Of a stretch of 64,000 nucleotides of DNA, positions 59,670 through 64,000 are shown piece by piece (positions within the stretch are counted from its first letter, which is position 1; every line of letters starts with the position of its first letter). This DNA is from Desulfitobacterium chlororespirans DSM 11544 (GTDB lineage Bacteria; Bacillota; Desulfitobacteriia; Desulfitobacteriales; Desulfitobacteriaceae): contig NZ_FRDN01000012.1 of NCBI RefSeq assembly GCF_900143285.1, forward strand, positions 74,819 to 138,818, read 5' to 3'. Under the pieces are notes generated by a model. The model was not told where the DNA came from. It worked only from the letters and a program-made list of their open reading frames with translations, and did no database searches. A program made the translations under genes and the position numbers.

Positions 59670-60440
59670 CGCTCCATAAGCTGCGCGGACAAAACTAACG
59701 CGAAAAGCCCGCCGCTCCGTCGGGTGCACCTGCGCCGCTAAGCAGCTTTCTGTGGCGTGGCGGCTTGGGCGAAACCCTCGTCCGGGTTTCGTGGCCAAAT
59801 CGCTCCTGCTCAATGGCCGGTTGGAAACGTCCTGTTTCCAACCCGACTCCGCAGCGGGCTTTTCGCGAAGTTTTGTTTCCGCTCGCTTAAATTCGCTTCC
59901 CTAGTGTAAATCAAAATCCTTGGGCCGTTTTTCGGGTCTGGGTGAGCAGAGCGTTGTAGGAAGTGCGGAGTAAATTGCCCTGCTCTAGCCGCCTTTTCCG
60001 TCTTTACCGACGCCGCTATAGCGGCGGGGTCGGCGATCAAGCAAGGCTCTGAAGGAGGGATGAACTGACCCGACCCCCGGAAATGCCTTGCAAAAAACGT
60101 CAGGCCTCGGGCTTCCCAAACCTCTAGACCCCAGGGGAAGGCTGAAAGAAACCCGCAAGCAGTAGCTTTGCGCACAAAAGCGAAACGGATTTAGCGGAGG
60201 GGCGGTCAGATCAACGAAGCTTTCTTAACTTAGCGGAGCCACGGTTCACATCAGGTATTACCCTGAGGTTTGGCGTAGCTGTTAAGAAAGCGAGTTGACC
60301 AGCCCTGGAGCTATGGAGTGAGCGTTGTGCGTAAAGCTACGCGACCCGGACAATCGGACAACTCGGACAACCAAGCGCGCCCTCCGCCGATGCGCCCCCA
60401 TAGGCACAAACACCCGCCCCAAAATCTATGCTATAAAAGA
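59670..60440. other. GC-rich ORF-free island with nested long-range complementarity; candidate structured ncRNA or cryptic element, strand unknown
   Basis: See finding; perfect complementary segments 59699-59712 / 59854-59867 and 60219-60229 / 60281-60291 enclose perfect local hairpins. Confidence 0.3.
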
Positions 60441-60486
60441 ACTCAGCTCTACACGCTGACTCGCAGAAAGAAAGGAAGAAAAGATC

Positions 60487-61332
60487 ATGAGTGACGCCTG
60501 CGGCTCCTGCCCATCGGCAAGTTCCTGTACTACGGGAAGCTGCCCTTCTACACAACCGGAGAAAACCAAAGCACAACAAGCCAGCAATATCAAAAATGTC
60601 ATCGCGGTCATGAGCGGCAAAGGGGGAGTAGGGAAATCCTCCGTTACCTCCATGCTGGCGGTGAGTTTAATGCGTCAAGGCTTTAAAGTGGGGATTTTAG
60701 ATGCGGATATAACCGGACCCAGCATTCCGAGAATTTTCGGACTGAGGGATAAGGCCAATATGAATGAAGTGGGGGTTATTCCCGGTGAAACCCCCCATGG
60801 AATTAAGGTGATGTCCCTCAATCTCATGATTCCTAACGAAGATGATCCGGTGATCTGGCGTGGTTCCATCATTACCCAGCTGGTGCAGCAGTTCTGGACG
60901 GATGTCGTTTGGGGAGAGCTGGATTATCTGCTCATTGATTTGCCGCCAGGAACAGGAGATGTCCCCATTACCGTCATGCAATCCTTGCCCGTATCCGGTG
61001 TGGTCATCGTAACCAGCCCTCAACAACTGGCGGGGATGATTGTGCGTAAGGCTATCAATATGGTCAAGAAATACGATGCAACGATCTATGGCTTGGTAGA
61101 AAATATGGCCTATGTCGCCTGCCCTCAGTGTGAGGAGCGGATTGAGATATTCGGAAAACCCCATGGGGAAGCAGAAGCTGCTCAAAATGAGATTCCCTAT
61201 CTGGGCCAATTGCCCATTGATCCGGTCTTGGCCACCATGTCGGATCTGGGCAAGATAGAGGATTATGAATCCGCTGACTTTACGCAAATTGCCAAAAATT
61301 TGGCTGAAGTTATACAGGAAAAGCAAAAGTAA
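60487..61332 (+). CDS. apbC: Mrp/NBP35 family Fe-S cluster carrier ATPase (ApbC) with Cys-rich N-terminal extension
   Basis: MSGKGGVGKSS deviant Walker A; C-terminal CPQC; N-terminus CGSCPSASSCTTGSC. Confidence 0.85.
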   Translation: MSDACGSCPSASSCTTGSCPSTQPEKTKAQQASNIKNVIAVMSGKGGVGKSSVTSMLAVSLMRQGFKVGILDADITGPSIPRIFGLRDKANMNEVGVIPGETPHGIKVMSLNLMIPNEDDPVIWRGSIITQLVQQFWTDVVWGELDYLLIDLPPGTGDVPITVMQSLPVSGVVIVTSPQQLAGMIVRKAINMVKKYDATIYGLVENMAYVACPQCEERIEIFGKPHGEAEAAQNEIPYLGQLPIDPVLATMSDLGKIEDYESADFTQIAKNLAEVIQEKQK

Positions 61333-61394
61333 AAGCAGAAAAAGAAAAGCAAAACCCAAAAAAGCAAAACTAAAAAGAAGAGGTAAAATTAAAA

Positions 61395-62681
61395 TTGAAA
61401 GAGGGGGTGACCTGGCTTAGCCAGGACAATATGGAATCAACGATTCGGGACATCGGATTGGCACCGCAAGGACAATTAAAAATCGATTGGGTGCAAGCCC
61501 ATATGCCGGTTCTCAACACCTTAAGAGAAGAGTTTGAGAAAACCCTGCCTTTTCAAGGCAAAAAAGTCACCATTTGCCTGCATTTGGAAGCCAAGACGGC
61601 TTATCTGGCCAAAGTGATTCAAGCCGGGGGAGCAGAAGTGACCGTGGCAGCCAGCAACCCTTTATCCACCCAGGATGATGTGGTGGCTGCGTTGGTAGCC
61701 GGCGGTGTCCAAGCCCACGCCTGGTATGGCGCTACCGATGAAGAGTACCACCAGCATCTGCACAAGGCTTTGGATTTTGAGCCGGATTATATTATTGATG
61801 ATGGGGGAGATTTGGTATCCACCCTGCACAAGGAGCGCCGGGAGCTGCTGCCTAAGGTCCTGGGCGGTGCTGAAGAGACCACGACAGGCATCCTCAGACT
61901 GCGCGCCATGGAGAAAAACGGGGAATTGGCCTTCCCCATGATGGCGGTCAATGATGCTGAGATGAAATACCTTTTTGACAATCGCTATGGCACAGGCCAA
62001 TCGGTCTGGGATGGGATCATGCGCACTACTAATCTGGTGGTGGCCGGCAAGACCGTTTGTGTAGTAGGCTATGGCTGGTGTGGCAAAGGTGTGGCTCTGC
62101 GTGCCAAAGGCTTAGGTGCCCGGGTAATTATCTGTGAAGTCAATCCTATTAAAGCCAATGAAGCTTGGATGGACGGCTTCGAAGTAATGCCCATGCTGGC
62201 TGCCGCTCCTTTAGGCGATTTCTTCGTCACAGTAACAGGAAATAAGAATGTCATCTCAAGTGAGCACTTCCAGGTCATGAAGGATGGAGCAATCCTCGCC
62301 AATGCCGGTCACTTCGATGTGGAGGTCAATAAAGTTCAGTTGGCGGCCATGGCCCAAAGTTGTCGTGAGGTCCGCCGCAATATTGAAGAATATCTGCTTC
62401 AGGATGGGCGCAAGATCTATCTCCTGGCAGAAGGACGCTTGGTCAATTTGGCGGCAGGAGACGGTCATCCCGCCGAAGTGATGGACATGACCTTCGCTTT
62501 GCAGGCCTTGGCCCTGCATTATCTTGCTACAGTAAAAGCCCCCCTGGAGCCAAAAGTTTACTCTGTCCCGACGGAGATGGATAGGAGAGTGGCTGAGTTA
62601 AAATTAAAAACCTTAGGTTTAAGCATCGATCAATTGTCTGAGGAGCAAGAACGCTACCTCGCCAGTTGGCAGCATAGTTAA
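61395..62681 (+). CDS. ahcY: Adenosylhomocysteinase (start codon uncertain: TTG 61395 or ATG 61431)
   Basis: NAD-binding GYGWCGKG; GHFDVE. Confidence 0.9.
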   Translation: MKEGVTWLSQDNMESTIRDIGLAPQGQLKIDWVQAHMPVLNTLREEFEKTLPFQGKKVTICLHLEAKTAYLAKVIQAGGAEVTVAASNPLSTQDDVVAALVAGGVQAHAWYGATDEEYHQHLHKALDFEPDYIIDDGGDLVSTLHKERRELLPKVLGGAEETTTGILRLRAMEKNGELAFPMMAVNDAEMKYLFDNRYGTGQSVWDGIMRTTNLVVAGKTVCVVGYGWCGKGVALRAKGLGARVIICEVNPIKANEAWMDGFEVMPMLAAAPLGDFFVTVTGNKNVISSEHFQVMKDGAILANAGHFDVEVNKVQLAAMAQSCREVRRNIEEYLLQDGRKIYLLAEGRLVNLAAGDGHPAEVMDMTFALQALALHYLATVKAPLEPKVYSVPTEMDRRVAELKLKTLGLSIDQLSEEQERYLASWQHS

Positions 62682-62872
62682 GAAAGAGCCCTTTAAAAAC
62701 AATTCAGTATTCAGGTCCTGATGATCAACAGTCATGAGGGCCTTTTTGTCGTTTAAAAACATTGTAAAAGAGTGAAAAATATCTTTTGTTCTATTCTGTT
62801 GTAGTATACAATAGAAACAATACATTGTATTAGTATCAGATAAGTCTTGGGTGATTGTAGGGGGGGATAGAT

Positions 62873-63772
62873 ATGCCGATGTTTCTCGTTAGTTCCTTGA
62901 GCCAGGATATCATCGGAGAGAGCAAAGGGCTGCGACAGGCCGTTGAGGGATGTCGAAAAGCTGCTAAAGAAAGTGACCCGGTTATGTTTCAGGGTGAGGT
63001 CAGCACGGGTAAACTACTTTTAGCCGGCTTTCTGCATAAAGAGAGTAAACACTCCCGGCAGCCCTTGCTTGTGGTGGATTGCATTAAGGACGAGGACATG
63101 ATTCGCGAAATACTTGCTCCCGGTTCTGAGTGCAAGCAGCTGGACCGTTATGAGGGAGGCAGTATTTATTTTCGTGAAGTGGCAACCCTCAGCCTTGAGA
63201 AACAGAATCAGCTCTATAGAGCTCTTGAAAAAATAGAAAAGAGAAAAATCAGAGCATTTCTGAGCTCATCTCAAAATATTCATTTAATGAGAATGGAAAA
63301 GGCCTTTGATCCCGATCTCTATGATTATGCCAGTCAAGGGGAGATTGCTGTTCCACCCCTACGGCAAAGAAAAGAAGATATTCTTCCCTTAGTCCAGCAC
63401 TATATCGGAGTATTTAATTTGAAATTAAGAAAGTCTATTCAGGGGCTAACTCCACAAGCAGAAGAAATTCTCTTAGCATATCGTTGGCCGGGGAATGTGG
63501 ATGAACTAAAGCAGATTATCAACAGAGCCATGCACCTGTCCAACGAATCCCATATCTCCCAGCGTCATCTTAGCGACAATTTGGGAATATCCAAAGAAGA
63601 TGGCTTCAGCCACGGGGTAATGCCTTTGGAGCGAATGGAGGAAATCCTTTTACGAAGTGCTTTGGAGCGCTATGGATTTACACTGGAAGGAAAGAAAAGA
63701 GCGGCAAGAGCTCTTAACATTTCCTTAGCAACACTGTACAATAAGCTTAAGCGGTATAATCTTAATCCATAA
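62873..63772 (+). CDS. Sigma-54-activator-like regulator with degenerate AAA+ domain and C-terminal Fis-type HTH; no receiver domain
   Basis: GEVSTGKL replaces GESGTGKE; no GAFTGA; C-terminal ARALNISLATLYNKLKRY. Confidence 0.55.
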   Translation: MPMFLVSSLSQDIIGESKGLRQAVEGCRKAAKESDPVMFQGEVSTGKLLLAGFLHKESKHSRQPLLVVDCIKDEDMIREILAPGSECKQLDRYEGGSIYFREVATLSLEKQNQLYRALEKIEKRKIRAFLSSSQNIHLMRMEKAFDPDLYDYASQGEIAVPPLRQRKEDILPLVQHYIGVFNLKLRKSIQGLTPQAEEILLAYRWPGNVDELKQIINRAMHLSNESHISQRHLSDNLGISKEDGFSHGVMPLERMEEILLRSALERYGFTLEGKKRAARALNISLATLYNKLKRYNLNP

Positions 63773-63807
63773 CCAACCATACCAAGGTTGCGTAAGGAGG
63801 ATACAGG

Positions 63808-64000
63808 GTGAAACAGACCTTTCCGACCCACAAGGGGGAGCTTATTGTTGAAGGGCCGGTTACGGCAGAGAGCTTAAGTCTATTGAGTTTTGACGATGAT
63901 TTGAGGGCATTCCGCCCTCCGAAGCGCCAAAAAGAAGCCTTGATTGAAATCAGTGAAATTCCTGATGGCCGCATTATTATTGCCCGAATCGAGAATGATA
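63808..64000 (+). CDS. Hypothetical protein, partial (runs off the window end)
   Basis: GTG 6 nt after aaggagg; open to the window end. Confidence 0.35.
   Translation, partial: MKQTFPTHKGELIVEGPVTAESLSLLSFDDDLRAFRPPKRQKEALIEISEIPDGRIIIARIEND

Noticed and set aside
59690-59760. tmRNA hypothesis for the GC-rich island (GACAAAACTAACGCG resembles the B. subtilis ssrA tag start GGCAAAACUAAC)
   Set aside because: No reading frame from that point ends in the ..ALAA-stop tag. No 3' T-arm/CCA-like end (GGUUCGA..CUCCACCA) or 5' GGGG acceptor pairing is present on either strand. I treated the resemblance as chance similarity.
59568-60486. RNase P RNA, SRP RNA, 6S RNA or group II intron fragment as identity for the GC-rich island
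   Set aside because: I found no GGAAAGUCC / P4 elements, no SRP domain IV motif and no domain V (AGC..GAAA..) signature. The identity remains unassigned.
61395-61430. Alternative ahcY start (ATG at 61431)
   Set aside because: I could not decide from the sequence. The TTG at 61395 has an RBS but a long spacer, and the ATG at 61431 has a weak RBS. I kept the track start with lower certainty and did not invent a correction.
1-64000. CRISPR arrays, tRNA/rRNA genes and IS/transposase/integrase genes
   Set aside because: I scanned for regularly spaced direct repeats, tRNA-like GTTCGAATC/TAGCTCAG blocks and DDE/tyrosine-recombinase-like ORFs. None were found. The only repeats seen are the 50-bp duplicated terminator, the intragenic tandem repeats at 45.8 and 46.0 kb, and the 18-bp tandem at 51.1 kb.

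Overview
This 64 kb window looks like a core chromosomal segment of a spore-forming Firmicute with roughly 45-48% GC. Gene content and order (recA-recX-rny-ymdB-spoVS, pspA-ydjGHI, rubredoxin, HD-GYP, Crp/Fnr, LutABC-like Fe-S proteins, T-box-controlled pheA) are most reminiscent of Desulfitobacterium/Peptococcaceae, though that assignment is an inference. I call about 60 protein genes, mostly co-directional on the + strand. I found no rRNA, tRNA, CRISPR array, transposase or prophage gene. Several ORF-track starts were re-placed using RBS spacing: rny 7192, ymdB 9533, spoVS 10447, PHP 11796, aminotransferase 12696, tetR 14939, GNAT 18139, malic enzyme 24151, lutC 25652, menG 41647, thrC 54055, the udk-like gene 53888, pepF 57768 and tauE 49239. 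A 54-aa rubredoxin (29809..29973) is missing from the ORF track. The most notable observations are: (1) a roughly 0.9 kb GC-rich, ORF-free spacer between pepF and apbC with nested long-range complementarity, my best candidate for an undescribed structured RNA or cryptic element; (2) a co-directional carbon-metabolism module at 20.1-28.4 kb (SucC-like, Cys-rich mini-protein, SucD-like, CitE-like lyase, malic enzyme, LutC, fused LutB-LutA) that may form a 2-hydroxyacid/glyoxylate-to-pyruvate route; (3) an arsR-arsM cassette bracketed by two near-identical copies of one terminator, next to a frameshifted DUF1697 gene; (4) a Phe-type T-box leader upstream of pheA; (5) unusually palindromic intergenic DNA at 22.86-22.99 kb and 17.98-18.03 kb; and (6) two RBS-preceded hydrophobic micro-ORFs and a tandem-repeat acidic membrane protein.
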